Part shown: piece by piece, positions 1 through 10,034 of the stretch
How positions within the stretch are numbered: the first letter of the stretch is position 1
How the letters are laid out: each line of letters begins with the position of its first letter
Assembly (NCBI GenBank): GCA_963701855.1
Contig: CAVPBK010000006.1
Location: 832,001 to 896,000, forward strand
Source of the DNA: Nitrospirota bacterium
GTDB taxonomy: Bacteria > Nitrospirota > Nitrospiria > Nitrospirales > Nitrospiraceae
Direction of reading: 5' to 3'
Length of the DNA stretch: 64,000 bases
The notes under the pieces: generated by a model
The model's database searches: none
What the model was told of the DNA's origin: nothing
Seen by the model: only the letters and a program-made list of their open reading frames with translations
Made by a program: the position numbers and the translations under genes

Positions 1-1
1 C

Positions 2-1207
2 GGTCAATACCTGGGTTATTTGGTCAATCGACTCGCTGTGGTTCAAGTGACCCAAGTTGATACGATTCTGACTACTGTTCAGGTTGTGCGTGCCTATGCA
101 GCTGTATCACCGGGTGACCCGGTAATGAAGTTCGTGCTTCCAACTGATGAGGGAGCAGCAGTTGGCCAACCTTCCGCCGGTGATGTGGAGGGACGGATTG
201 TGGAGTTCCAGACTAACATGGGCGCCGTCATGAACATGGTGGGGCAAAGAAATATCGTCTATCTGGATCTGGGACGGGAAGACGGAATCAGGCCTAGGGA
301 TCGAATGGAAATAGTTCGGTCCGGAGGGAGCCTTCCTCAACGAGTCGTGGGAGAATTAAAAGTCCTATCCCTGGAAGACCGGACTGCCACGGCGCTGATT
401 ACAAAATCGATCTCCCGCATTCTCAAGGGCGATCGCGTCAGAGTGAAGGTTCATGCTCCTGAAGCCATGCCAATCGCTCAATCTCTCCCGCAGTCTCCAG
501 ATGCTTCTTCTACTGCAGCTCCTTCTCCAAGTAAACTCCAAGTCACAAATGTCGCCGACGAAACCCGAGTCAGCCTCAGTGACATGATGAAACAGCTTCG
601 GTTCGAGTCGGGAGAAGCCACGATTACGTCCGAGGGCCATCAGGTGCTCGATGAACTGATCGCGTATCTCAAGACTGCCGCCGGCGATCGATTGATTCGA
701 GTCGAGGGCCATGCAGACAATATGGAAATCGGTCCTACGCTGAAGTCACGATACCAGACGAACTGGGACTTATCGAAAGCTCGGGCAGGGGGTGTCCTCC
801 GTTACTTGATTGAGAAGGGCGGGATCGATTCGGCCAAGCTTTCGTCGGTCGGCTATGGCGATACGAAGCCCATAGCCGGCAATGCGACCGAGGTGGGTCG
901 GGAGAAGAACCGTCGTGTGGACATTGTACTCTATTCACCCGAATCAGCCAGGGAACAGTCTGAGCAGGCGGTGACACCAACTGAAACTGGCGATAAGGGC
1001 TATAGCATGTCCCGTCTCAATTCTTCTGCCGAAAGCGGAACTTCGATCCCCGTTGTGGACCAGACAATCCCAGTGGCTCCAACTGGTTCGTCCAAAGTAG
1101 AGCCCGCATCTGTCCCTGCGGGTCCTGCTTCGGCGACAACACCGACATCAGTTGTCCAGGGCAATGCGGATCAGACCCCCGTAGCCCCGGTCACCCCTCC
1201 ACAGTAA
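2..1207 (+). CDS. OmpA/MotB-family peptidoglycan-binding protein with N-terminal FlgT-C-like beta domain (5' end runs off the window)
   Basis: Frame is open to the window edge. Motifs FESGEA..., VEGHADN, NWDLSKARA, VGYGDTKP and KNRRVDI define the OmpA-like domain. Confidence 0.85.
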   Translation, partial: GQYLGYLVNRLAVVQVTQVDTILTTVQVVRAYAAVSPGDPVMKFVLPTDEGAAVGQPSAGDVEGRIVEFQTNMGAVMNMVGQRNIVYLDLGREDGIRPRDRMEIVRSGGSLPQRVVGELKVLSLEDRTATALITKSISRILKGDRVRVKVHAPEAMPIAQSLPQSPDASSTAAPSPSKLQVTNVADETRVSLSDMMKQLRFESGEATITSEGHQVLDELIAYLKTAAGDRLIRVEGHADNMEIGPTLKSRYQTNWDLSKARAGGVLRYLIEKGGIDSAKLSSVGYGDTKPIAGNATEVGREKNRRVDIVLYSPESAREQSEQAVTPTETGDKGYSMSRLNSSAESGTSIPVVDQTIPVAPTGSSKVEPASVPAGPASATTPTSVVQGNADQTPVAPVTPPQ

Positions 1208-1223
1208 ACTCATCGAGTATCGA

Positions 1224-1255
1224 GGGAGGGTTGACGTAGAATTGTCAACCCTCCC
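1224..1255 (+). terminator. Stem-loop after the OmpA gene, probable terminator
   Basis: GGGAGGGTTGAC-8 nt-GTCAACCCTCCC, a perfect 12-bp stem 17 nt after the stop codon. Confidence 0.6.
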
Positions 1256-1309
1256 CGGTTCCCCTCCAGAACCTTTCCGTTTTTCTTCCTCATTGTTCCT
1301 CCTTTTTCT

Positions 1310-3652
1310 GTGCTGCTACAATGCCGCATGATTTCGACACAGGTAGCCCCTCCATGCACAGAACCAGAATCCTTATTCGCGGACGTCATTGTCCCACGAC
1401 ATCTGGCAGGCCATTTTACCTATACCGTACCCTCGTTACTCCGACCCACGCTACGTATCGGCCATCGAGTGCTCGTGCCCTTCGGACGGTCGATCCTCCA
1501 AGGAGCCGTGATCGCCCTCTCCCACGTACTTCCTCAGGGTCTTGATCGAACACGCCTCAGGGAAATTCACTCGTTACTCCCAGAAGGAGCCGCAACAGAC
1601 GTATCATCGAATTTATTCCAGCTCTCACGACAGGTGGCCGAACAGTATGTTGCGCCATGGGGGCAATGTCTCAGGTTGGTGTTGCCTCCGGCACCAAAAC
1701 CACTGGCGCAGGGCAGCCACTACGAACTATCGGAACAAGGGCGGGCGGCACTTGCGGATCGGAAGCCTTGCTCGGTGAAGGCTCGGGCACTTCTCACACG
1801 TCTCGGGAAAAAACCTTCAGGACTTCGCCGGTCATCCCGTAGTCCTGGTCTGGACGATCTATTACGCGATCTCAAGGTTCGCGGATGGGTGGTAGAGGTC
1901 CAGAACCTACTGCCTGCCTCAGCAGTGCCTCTCACCCAGCCAACCAGACAAGCGAACCATGACAGTTTCGGCGTCACCCCAGCACTCATTCCTGACCCTG
2001 CAATGTCTTGGTCTGAACCACTGCTCAAGGCGCTGAGAGGCCAAGAACCCACACGTGTTCTGGTGCAGGCTTCCTGGACCGATCGGTTGAGGCTCCTACA
2101 GCAGGCCGCTCGCCTAGTACTCGAGCGTGGACAGACGTTCCTCATCATCGTTGGGGAAGCAGAACGGGCCCAATGGGTTACCAGCTTGATCCGTAATGAT
2201 GAGATGGGCATCTCCCCGGTCTTTTTCCATAGCGGTCTTTCAGACCAGCTGAAATCTGAAATTTGGGATCAGATTCATCGGCAGATTGTTCGCGTGGTCG
2301 TGGGAACTCGGTCGGCCATCTTTCTTCCATTGACTGCAATCGGGGCGATCTGGGTCGAGGGAGAGGAGGATGCAGCGCTCAAAGAACCTCAAGAGCCACG
2401 CTACCATGCACGGGACGTGGCTTGGCTGAGGGCACAAGATGAACAGGCGGTGCTGGTCCTGAGTTCTGCCCACCCCTCTCTTGAGATCAGATCGGCGGTG
2501 GAGCAACGAGGGATCTTTGTCCGCAAGCTCATGCCGTCTGATTCGCGACCGAGCATACAGGTCGTTGATTTACGGGATTATGGTCGCAATACAGTGCTGA
2601 GCCAGCCGCTCGTTCAGGCCATCGAGCAGGCGATTAGTTGCCGGGCTGGCGTCCTGTTGTTTCTCAATCGGAAGGGCTATGCCGGCGCCCTAGTCTGTCG
2701 TGACTGCGGCCAAGTTCCCCGCTGTCCTGTCTGTCGCGTGGCGCTGATGTACTCTCGGCAGGCTGGTCGCCTGCTCTGTTCATACTGCGGAGACGTGACA
2801 CCCCTCCCCGAAGCCTGCGTTAGTTGTTCCGGCCTTCGCATGCAGTTGATCGGGGAAGGCACAGAACGGGTGGAAGAAGATGCGAAGCGATTGTTCCCTC
2901 ACGCGGCGGTGATTCGGCTCGATGGGGATACCATGCGGCGGCCTGCGCAGGCCGAATCCCTCTGGCGGAAGGTCGAGCAAAGGGAATGGGATATCATCAT
3001 CGGAACACAACTGCTGCTACACCGGGGATCCCTCCCGATGATGGGCCTCGTTGGGATAGTGCAAGCAGACGCAGGACTTAACGTGCCGAACTTCCGATCC
3101 GCCGAACGTACCTATCATACGCTTCTCGATGCGGTCGGCCTCGCCAATTCGACAGGGATTAGCGGCCAGGTTATCGTGCAGACCTATCTTCCGTCACATC
3201 ACGCAATTCAAGCTGTAGCGCAGAACGACGAATCCATTTTCTTATCGGAGGAGTTGTCCCATCGAACTGCATTGGGGTATCCGCCTGCGGTTTCTCTGAT
3301 TGCCCTCCTTGTATCCGGAACCAGAGAGACAATGGTTCACGACGCTGCCACGGACTGGGTGGCTCGGCTCAGTGCCTGCACTTCTCTGGACATGGCTGGA
3401 CAGACGGACAAGGCAAAGACCCCTTCGATAACTCAATCGATCAGTCGGCCCAACCGTCTTGCTGTTCTAGGGCCAGTCCCCTCTCCGGTGCCGAGACTCC
3501 GGGGACGATATCGGTGGCAAATTCTTGTGAAATCGTCCGAACGGGATGCGGGCCTCGCGGATGTACGAATGACGGTCAAAGAGATGGAACGGACGTATCA
3601 ACGCTGCGCTATCAAGTTCGATGTCGATGTCGACCCGATCGAGATGTGGTAG
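1310..3652 (+). CDS. priA: Primosomal protein N' (PriA) homologue with degenerate ATPase motifs
   Basis: N-terminal FTYTVP...GHRVLVPFG 3'-binding domain, VVVGTRSAIFLP, PRYHARDVA, LFLNRKGY, four CxxC Zn pairs and C-terminal VDVDP. Start may be ATG 1328. Confidence 0.9.
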   Translation: MLLQCRMISTQVAPPCTEPESLFADVIVPRHLAGHFTYTVPSLLRPTLRIGHRVLVPFGRSILQGAVIALSHVLPQGLDRTRLREIHSLLPEGAATDVSSNLFQLSRQVAEQYVAPWGQCLRLVLPPAPKPLAQGSHYELSEQGRAALADRKPCSVKARALLTRLGKKPSGLRRSSRSPGLDDLLRDLKVRGWVVEVQNLLPASAVPLTQPTRQANHDSFGVTPALIPDPAMSWSEPLLKALRGQEPTRVLVQASWTDRLRLLQQAARLVLERGQTFLIIVGEAERAQWVTSLIRNDEMGISPVFFHSGLSDQLKSEIWDQIHRQIVRVVVGTRSAIFLPLTAIGAIWVEGEEDAALKEPQEPRYHARDVAWLRAQDEQAVLVLSSAHPSLEIRSAVEQRGIFVRKLMPSDSRPSIQVVDLRDYGRNTVLSQPLVQAIEQAISCRAGVLLFLNRKGYAGALVCRDCGQVPRCPVCRVALMYSRQAGRLLCSYCGDVTPLPEACVSCSGLRMQLIGEGTERVEEDAKRLFPHAAVIRLDGDTMRRPAQAESLWRKVEQREWDIIIGTQLLLHRGSLPMMGLVGIVQADAGLNVPNFRSAERTYHTLLDAVGLANSTGISGQVIVQTYLPSHHAIQAVAQNDESIFLSEELSHRTALGYPPAVSLIALLVSGTRETMVHDAATDWVARLSACTSLDMAGQTDKAKTPSITQSISRPNRLAVLGPVPSPVPRLRGRYRWQILVKSSERDAGLADVRMTVKEMERTYQRCAIKFDVDVDPIEMW

Positions 3653-3655
3653 GTG

Positions 3656-4099
3656 CTATTTTTTCTTAGGGGAATGCTCTGGAATTGATTCAGGTGATTG
3701 ACTCTCGGTCGCATCAATTGACGAGTCGATAATCGGCTGACGAGCTCGCTTGAAGAACCCATAGGAAAACGTGATCCAAAAGACAGCCGAGACGAGACCC
3801 ATCAGCGCGGCTGAGAGCATCGTTCCCAATTGTTCGTCGGTCGGCTCTGTTGTAATCGAACGGAATTGAACCATCGTGACGATGGGCCAGGCAAGACTTT
3901 CCAGGCCAAGCAACAGGGTGGCCCAGGCCCAAACCAGTCCAATGGTGCGCCCCTGCCAGACAAGAAACCCTGCGGCGGCTCCTGCGACGAGAACGGCTCC
4001 CCATGGTGAGAACGAGCCCCACGCCAGCCAGGCACCCGCCGCCACGACAAGGCTGCCAAGCAGGGCATTGAGTTGCGGGCTCCACCACATAGTGACCAT
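3656..4099 (-). CDS. Hypothetical membrane protein (about 4 TM segments)
   Basis: Hydrophobic ORF filling the gap between priA and the pseudouridine synthase; start uncertain. Confidence 0.7.
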   Translation of the reverse strand: MVTMWWSPQLNALLGSLVVAAGAWLAWGSFSPWGAVLVAGAAAGFLVWQGRTIGLVWAWATLLLGLESLAWPIVTMVQFRSITTEPTDEQLGTMLSAALMGLVSAVFWITFSYGFFKRARQPIIDSSIDATESQSPESIPEHSPKKK

Positions 4100-4236
4100 A
4101 CTGGTGTTGTCCTCCGTGGGCGATGCGCGAGCTAGTGTGAGTTCCAATGGTATGTTTGTCAATCGAGGTATCCGCTGGCTAGCCTACCAGCCGAACGCTC
4201 ACCGCAATAACAAATCCGCGATAACAATAGAATCGC

Positions 4237-4983
4237 TCATGAATCATGCTGGCCTGGACTACTGCCTCGCCCGACAGCTTGAAAGAGCTTCGTGCATTCC
4301 TCTCCAGTAAGCGATTTCCACTTTCCTGGGAGCAATCCATCGAGTGTAATGTGCATAATCCTGACACGATGCAACGTGAGCACCCGATACCCCAAAACCT
4401 GGCACATGCGCCTGATCTGTCGATTGCGTCCTTCGGTGAGGATGATACGGAATCGAGCAGAACCGAGTCGATCAATCCGGCAGAGTTTGGTCGGACGGTC
4501 GAGAATGAAAACTCCTTGAGCCATGTGGTCAATGAACGTTTGATCGAAAGGATGATCGACTGACACCTCGTATTCCCGTTCATGTCCATGCTCGGTTCGT
4601 AGAATATCGTTCACAATGTCCCCGTCGTTCGTGAGAAGGATCAGGCCGGACGAGTCCTTGTCGAGCCGACCAATCGGGAAGATCCGTTCCGGATGGCCGA
4701 TCTCCGCAATGATGTTACGGGGCACATGTGACTCGCTGGTCGTTGTCACGCCCACTGGCTTGTAATACTTGATATAGAGCGGGGCCACCCCCCAGGGAAT
4801 CACCTGTCCATCTCGCACAATGACGTCATCAGGACCAACCTGATCTCCCAAGCAGGCGACTCGCTGATTGATGGTCACGCGACCGGTCTCGATCAGGCGA
4901 TCGGCCTCTCGTCGAGAACAGATGCCGTGCTGTGTAAAGAATTTATTGATGCGAAGCTTGTCGGTCACGGAGTGACACGCCAT
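4237..4983 (-). CDS. RsuA/RluF-family rRNA pseudouridine synthase
   Basis: S4 domain CSRREADRLIETGRV, catalytic GRLDKDSSGL, EGRNRQIRRM. Confidence 0.92.
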   Translation of the reverse strand: MACHSVTDKLRINKFFTQHGICSRREADRLIETGRVTINQRVACLGDQVGPDDVIVRDGQVIPWGVAPLYIKYYKPVGVTTTSESHVPRNIIAEIGHPERIFPIGRLDKDSSGLILLTNDGDIVNDILRTEHGHEREYEVSVDHPFDQTFIDHMAQGVFILDRPTKLCRIDRLGSARFRIILTEGRNRQIRRMCQVLGYRVLTLHRVRIMHITLDGLLPGKWKSLTGEECTKLFQAVGRGSSPGQHDS

Positions 4984-4984
4984 T

Positions 4985-5548
4985 CTAGCAGGTTGCAGAA
5001 AAGCTTAGTTTGTACGCATACACCGTTGGAATCTTACATGGTGGTGCCGACGTCAACATAGCCTCAAGATACTCAAAAAGAGGCCGGATTTTTCACCCGC
5101 CCAACCCCTGGCGACTACTTTACCCTCCCGCCCTGAGTCTGCCAAGACAGCCTCTTCGCCCTGGGGCGTGCCTTGTCCCAGGCTTGGCCCCGGCGAGTGA
5201 CCAAAGATGATCCTTCCAAGCTTGCTCCTGTACGTTGTCCCCAGGATGGCCGGGAGGAGTCCTTCACTGTACGCGACACTCTCACCCGCCCACCCACTGG
5301 CACGCCAAGACGTGCCATGCGCCCAGGCGAGGGCCTTCCAATTTGCCAAATCTCAATTCAAGGGAGTGGCCAAGGCTGCCCTTTACTGCGCGCATCGAAC
5401 GAGCACCGTTTCACCGTGCGCGTTCTGCGAGCAAGAAGGGCACCTTGCCGCTCCCTCCCCATCCTTCTCAGGCCGCGCGTTGCGCGAGCAGAGGAGACTC
5501 ACCGGGCCACCCCTCCCCTGCTGGCAAGACTATTTCAGCATCCTGCTA
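4985..5548. repeat. MITE/REP-like repeat, copy A (long form)
   Basis: Ends CTAGCAGGTTGCAGAAAA ... TATTTCAGCATCCTGCTA. About 5065-5272 and 5463-5548 are near-identical to the reverse complement of 7215-7523. Confidence 0.85.
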
Positions 5549-6478
5549 ATGAACGCGACGGCCCGCCTTGATCCGTCCCAGCATGCGATAGATCAATCGG
5601 GCAATACAAAACTGGGGTGCGACAAACCCTTCGATTGGAGCTATCTCGCTGATATCCATCCCGAGAATGCCAGGTCCATTGGCCAAGGCTGTGATGAGAC
5701 TCAGCGTATCGTACCACCCCAATCCACCAGGCTCGGGAGTGCCAAGCGCAGGAACCAGCGAGGCATCAAGCCCATCACAATCGAATGTGAGATAGACCGG
5801 CCCACGACAGGCTTTCACGACATCGGGAACCCAACGAGAGGCCTTGCCTTTGTATGAACTGGAAGGGTCAAGAATCTCGGCGGCAAAGAATGTGGCAATT
5901 CGATCAGTACTCTTAATGCGATCGATTTCCTCGGGAGAAATGGAACGAATGCCGACTTGGACTAACGGCAACCCGTCATCGACTACGCGGGCCATCACGC
6001 TGGCATGACTATAGGGATTTCCTTGATAGGCCTTTCGCAGGTCGCCATGTGCGTCGATTTGCACCACGCACAGATTAGGATGGTGTCGGGCATGGGCTCG
6101 AATTGCCCCAAGCGCGCCGGTATGTTCCCCGGTCAAGGTAACGACAAACCGCCCGGTACCGACGTGAGGGGTAACAAATGCGTCGATGGCATCTACCGCC
6201 TGCCGATCGACTTTGCCATCAAGATCGAGCGAGTGGATGGTGGCAATCCCACCCCACTCTCGATAAGGCTCACACCGAAGTGTTTCGTCGTATAACTCGA
6301 CTTGTTGAGACGCCTCAATGATGGCTGATGGGCCTCGATCAGAGCCCAGCACATAGCTGGAGGTATGTTCGTAGGGTGCAGGCAGGACGTAGACGCCCGC
6401 CTGATCGGGATGGCACCAAGGCTCGTCGAGACCGAGGAAGTTCTGGTCGATACCCTCCCAACCGGCGGGAAGCGTCAT
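5546..6478 (-). CDS. speB: Agmatinase (ureohydrolase family)
   Basis: GEH, DAHGD, DCDGLD and GTPEPGG metal-binding motifs; adjacent to arginine decarboxylase. Confidence 0.9.
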   Translation of the reverse strand: MTLPAGWEGIDQNFLGLDEPWCHPDQAGVYVLPAPYEHTSSYVLGSDRGPSAIIEASQQVELYDETLRCEPYREWGGIATIHSLDLDGKVDRQAVDAIDAFVTPHVGTGRFVVTLTGEHTGALGAIRAHARHHPNLCVVQIDAHGDLRKAYQGNPYSHASVMARVVDDGLPLVQVGIRSISPEEIDRIKSTDRIATFFAAEILDPSSSYKGKASRWVPDVVKACRGPVYLTFDCDGLDASLVPALGTPEPGGLGWYDTLSLITALANGPGILGMDISEIAPIEGFVAPQFCIARLIYRMLGRIKAGRRVH

Positions 6479-6501
6479 GGGTGTAAGCTCACGCGGCAGG
6501 G

Positions 6502-7068
6502 CTACCGACGCCGCTTCGACAGATTTTCTTCTGGAATGAACACGGCCAATGCTATCACTGTCGTCCAGCGATTGGGTTTTCCAATAGCGGACTGGGTGAT
6601 GTTTTGGGTCCGAACGATCTTACCGGCCATTTTGAAGACTTGTTCCCGCTCTTTCCACGCAATGTTCGGATCGAATTCGACCCCAAGCGTCGTGGCCAAC
6701 ATCTGCGCCGCCAAGTCTTCCGTATACTCACCCGTCTCTTCATCGGTTTCACCATGCGCATGGTGTTCGGACAGATATCCGTAGGTTCGACGATCGGTCG
6801 GGACCGCTAATCCAATCGACGCGGAAGCCAGGCGATTTCGTTCATTTGTTTCCGACCGCGCCATCACACAGAACGTAATTTCACCTGGGTTCAATAATTT
6901 CTCGCCGCGCGCACGCGGAATAATTTTGCAATTCGGCGGTAGAATCGATGACACCGTAACAAGGTTGCAATAGGCAACGCCTGCACTGCGCAAGGCTTGT
7001 TCAAAGGAAGCCAGCTTTTCTTTGTGGACTCCGACGCCTCGCGTCAGAAACATCTGCGTAGGTACCAT
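6502..7068 (-). CDS. pdaD: Pyruvoyl-dependent arginine decarboxylase
   Basis: [22 protein letters not shown] (Ser-Ser autocleavage site), GYLSEHH. Confidence 0.9.
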   Translation of the reverse strand: MVPTQMFLTRGVGVHKEKLASFEQALRSAGVAYCNLVTVSSILPPNCKIIPRARGEKLLNPGEITFCVMARSETNERNRLASASIGLAVPTDRRTYGYLSEHHAHGETDEETGEYTEDLAAQMLATTLGVEFDPNIAWKEREQVFKMAGKIVRTQNITQSAIGKPNRWTTVIALAVFIPEENLSKRRR

Positions 7069-7213
7069 CGTTTCTTCTCCTTAGTTCGTCCGACCAATCG
7101 GGTGAGGGGCGCGTCGTTCGCTGAAATGCACGCCCACGATAAACCATATTAAAGCACAGGGCCGCTGTTGTACCAAGATTGGCAACGCTTCGCAATATCC
7201 TGTGGCATTTTTT

Positions 7214-7584
7214 CTAGCAGGATGCTGAAATAGTCTTGCCAGCAGGGGAGGGGTGGCCCGGTGAGTTCCCTCTGCTCGCGCAACGCGCGGCCTGAGAAGG
7301 CTCTCGTTGGATGCGCACAGTGAAGGACTCCTCCCGGCCATCTTGGGGACAACGTACAGGAGCAAGCTTGGAAGGATCATCTTTGGTCACTTGCCGGGGC
7401 CAAGCCCGGGACAAGGCACGCCCCAGGGCGAAAAGGCTGTCTTGGCAGACTCAGGACGGGAGGGTAAAGTAGTCGCCAGGGGTTGGGCGGATGAAAAATC
7501 CAGCCTCTTTTTGAGCATCCTGCGGGAGGGTTTCCTCGTTGTGCCACACGTGCAGACCCTGAACAGATTCCAGCTTCCTGCTAG
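7214..7584. repeat. MITE/REP-like repeat, copy B, inverted relative to copy A
   Basis: CTAG at both ends (7214-7217 and 7581-7584); CAGGATGCTGAAA ... TTTTTGAGCATCCTG inner inverted repeat plus a ~60 bp tail ending CCTGCTAG. Confidence 0.85.
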
Positions 7585-9020
7585 GCGCCGGCAGGTGGTT
7601 TGAGGTTTAACACTAGCATGCGAGGCTCGGTCATATCCTCGATCGCGGCCTGAACCCCTTCACGCCCGACCCCAGAGTCTTTCACACCACCATACGGCAT
7701 GTGGTCGGCACGAAATGTTGGAATCTCGTTTGCCAGCACGGCCCCAACCTCAAGATGCCGAAAGGCATGAAAAATTTTGTTCACATCCTGAGTGAATACT
7801 CCAGCTTGGAGTCCATAGTCAGACTGGTTAAGCGCCGTGATCGCTTCGCTGAAATGCCGGTAAGGGGTCACGGTTACCACCGGTCCAAACACCTCCTGAC
7901 AAGAGACTTTCATCGTTGGCGTGACGTGCGAGAGCACGGTCGCCTCCATCACCGAGCCCATGCGTTTGCCCCCCAGAAGCACACGCGCCCCTTGCGACAC
8001 CGCTTCCCCGACCCACTCCTCCACACGATGGGCCGCGGCCGAATTGATCAGTGGCCCGACCACCGTCGAATCGTCGCTCGGATCACCAGCCTTCAGACGC
8101 GCAACTTGTAACAGAAGTTTCGTGGTGAAGAGGTCCACAATGGAATGATGGATAAATATTCGTTGCACGGAAATACAGGTCTGACCGGCATATCCAAACC
8201 CGCCGACTGCGCAGCGCTGTGCGGCAAGCTCAAGATCGGCATCGGGCTCCACGATGACGCCAGCATTCCCGCCGAGCTCCAACACCACCTTCTTCTTCCC
8301 GCACTTAGCCTTCAGCATCCATCCCACAGCGGCACTGCCGGTAAAGCTCAGGAGTTTAAAACGAGGGTCCACGACAAGCTGTTCTGCCACCGTATTATCG
8401 CAGGGCAGGATGTTGAGTGCGCCGGGAGGAAGCCCAGCCTCCTGAACTACTTCGCCCAAGAGTAACGCGGTCAGGGGTGTCTGTGGCGCCGGCTTGATGA
8501 GAATAGAATTTCCGGCAGCCAGAGCTGGGGCGACCTTGTGGCCCACAAGATTCAGGGGAAAATTGAAGGGAGTGATTCCGAGCACCGGACCAATCGGAAC
8601 CCGACGGAGAATGCCAAGATGGGAGTCCGTCCCCGGCGTCCAATCGAGAGGGATCACCTCGCCAGGAATGCGCTTCGCCTCTTCGGCCGCAACGGTAAAT
8701 GTCTGCACCGCCCGACTGACTTCCCGCTTCGCGTCGGTGATCGGCTTGCCGGATTCAGCCGTCATCAGGCGGGCAAATTCCTCCCGCCGGTCATAAAGTC
8801 CACCTGCGATCTTTTGCAACGCACGATAGCGGGCGTGGGCGGGCAAATTCCCCATCGCTGCAGCAGCATCGACTGTCGATTGAATCGCAGCCTCAGCGTC
8901 CGCGAAACTCGCGCTCGATACCTCGGCGAGTAGCCGCCCTGTAAACGGGTTGTTTACGGGGACAACCGTCTCCCCCTGCCGCCACAGACCTCCAATCAAG
9001 AATGGACGTGGTTCCTGCAC
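7581..9020 (-). CDS. NAD(P)-dependent aldehyde dehydrogenase
   Basis: ITPFNFP, FTGS, LELGGN, AGQTCIS, EVFGPV, PYGGVKDSG. Confidence 0.93.
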   Translation of the reverse strand: MQEPRPFLIGGLWRQGETVVPVNNPFTGRLLAEVSSASFADAEAAIQSTVDAAAAMGNLPAHARYRALQKIAGGLYDRREEFARLMTAESGKPITDAKREVSRAVQTFTVAAEEAKRIPGEVIPLDWTPGTDSHLGILRRVPIGPVLGITPFNFPLNLVGHKVAPALAAGNSILIKPAPQTPLTALLLGEVVQEAGLPPGALNILPCDNTVAEQLVVDPRFKLLSFTGSAAVGWMLKAKCGKKKVVLELGGNAGVIVEPDADLELAAQRCAVGGFGYAGQTCISVQRIFIHHSIVDLFTTKLLLQVARLKAGDPSDDSTVVGPLINSAAAHRVEEWVGEAVSQGARVLLGGKRMGSVMEATVLSHVTPTMKVSCQEVFGPVVTVTPYRHFSEAITALNQSDYGLQAGVFTQDVNKIFHAFRHLEVGAVLANEIPTFRADHMPYGGVKDSGVGREGVQAAIEDMTEPRMLVLNLKPPAGA

Positions 9021-9047
9021 AAGAGACGCCTCGCGGATGGTGAAGAC

Positions 9048-9317
9048 TCAGTCGGTGGAATGAACCGATGCCGTAGAAGTCGGCTCGGGATTGGCGGCCT
9101 GTTGGGCGATATCGGCTTTGGCAACCAAGTCCTCTGTGCCCCAATCACGAATCGCCTCAAGCGTGAAGGCCTCATAGGTCGAGACGCCGTGGCAGGTCGG
9201 ACAGTCCGGCATCGGCACCTTGCGATAGAAGACTTCTGACAAGCACGACATGCACATCCAATAGGGTGGTTCCCCCTCGCGTTGCGGAACAGACCAAAAC
9301 GATTGTATTGCAGACAT
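9048..9317 (-). CDS. Small rubredoxin-like/Zn-ribbon protein
   Basis: CMSC...CPTC; co-oriented within the operon. Confidence 0.75.
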   Translation of the reverse strand: MSAIQSFWSVPQREGEPPYWMCMSCLSEVFYRKVPMPDCPTCHGVSTYEAFTLEAIRDWGTEDLVAKADIAQQAANPEPTSTASVHSTD

Positions 9318-9326
9318 AGGTAATCC

Positions 9327-10034
9327 TTAGTGAATGATGAATGGACTGTTCTGTGCCACCGCCGTCAACCCGTGAGGCTCAGCGGGTTCTCCCTGGGAGC
9401 GTGGGGCAGTAGCCAACATGCGATCGATCTCCTCCGCAAACTGATCGAACGGGACTGCGCCGGGAATCGCAACCGCCGGCTCTTTTTCAGTGGGCCCACT
9501 CGCCGTTCGCATCAGAATAAAACCTGGGGTGCCATGAAACCCCCACCGGTTCGCCTCGTTACGATCCTGAAAAATAGATTCGAGATATTGCCGTTCGTCG
9601 AAACATTTGGCAAACACCGTCTGGTCCAAGCCGATCGTTTTCGCGTAACCTTTGAATGATCCCGAGTCCAAGCGGCCTCGTTCGCTGAAGAGCCGATCGT
9701 GCATCAGCCAATATCGACCCTGGGCTCCGGCACAACGGGCTGCCACCGCCGCCTCAACGCCGACTCCCTGGTCTGATCGAGGATAGTCGCGATAGATAAA
9801 CCGAACTTTCCCCGTATCGATATATTTGGCCTGCAGACGCGGCCAGGTCTCCTGAAAGAACTTCGCACAGTACCCGCACGTGAAGTCGGAATACTCGATC
9901 ATGGTGATCGGTGCGTCCGCGTTTCCTCTGATTCGTCCGTCGTCCATAACCGACCCAGCGCCAGCCTGAGTCAGCTGCATGAGCAACAGCAGTCCCGCCA
10001 CAGCAACTGTACGAAAAAAATACGTGCCCATCAT
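9327..10034 (-). CDS. DsbA-family thioredoxin-fold protein
   Basis: Signal peptide, EYSDFTCGYC, GTPGF. Confidence 0.88.
   Translation of the reverse strand: MMGTYFFRTVAVAGLLLLMQLTQAGAGSVMDDGRIRGNADAPITMIEYSDFTCGYCAKFFQETWPRLQAKYIDTGKVRFIYRDYPRSDQGVGVEAAVAARCAGAQGRYWLMHDRLFSERGRLDSGSFKGYAKTIGLDQTVFAKCFDERQYLESIFQDRNEANRWGFHGTPGFILMRTASGPTEKEPAVAIPGAVPFDQFAEEIDRMLATAPRSQGEPAEPHGLTAVAQNSPFIIH

Noticed and set aside
5010..5571. ORFs inside the repeats (also 7081-7603, 48253-48624, and the FIST N-terminal extension to 56765)
   Set aside because: They lie in non-coding repeat elements and recur in several frames without protein motifs
5546..6478. Ureohydrolase as a guanidinase
   Set aside because: Ordinary agmatinase length and motifs, adjacent to arginine decarboxylase, and no HypAB-like genes or guanidine riboswitch seen
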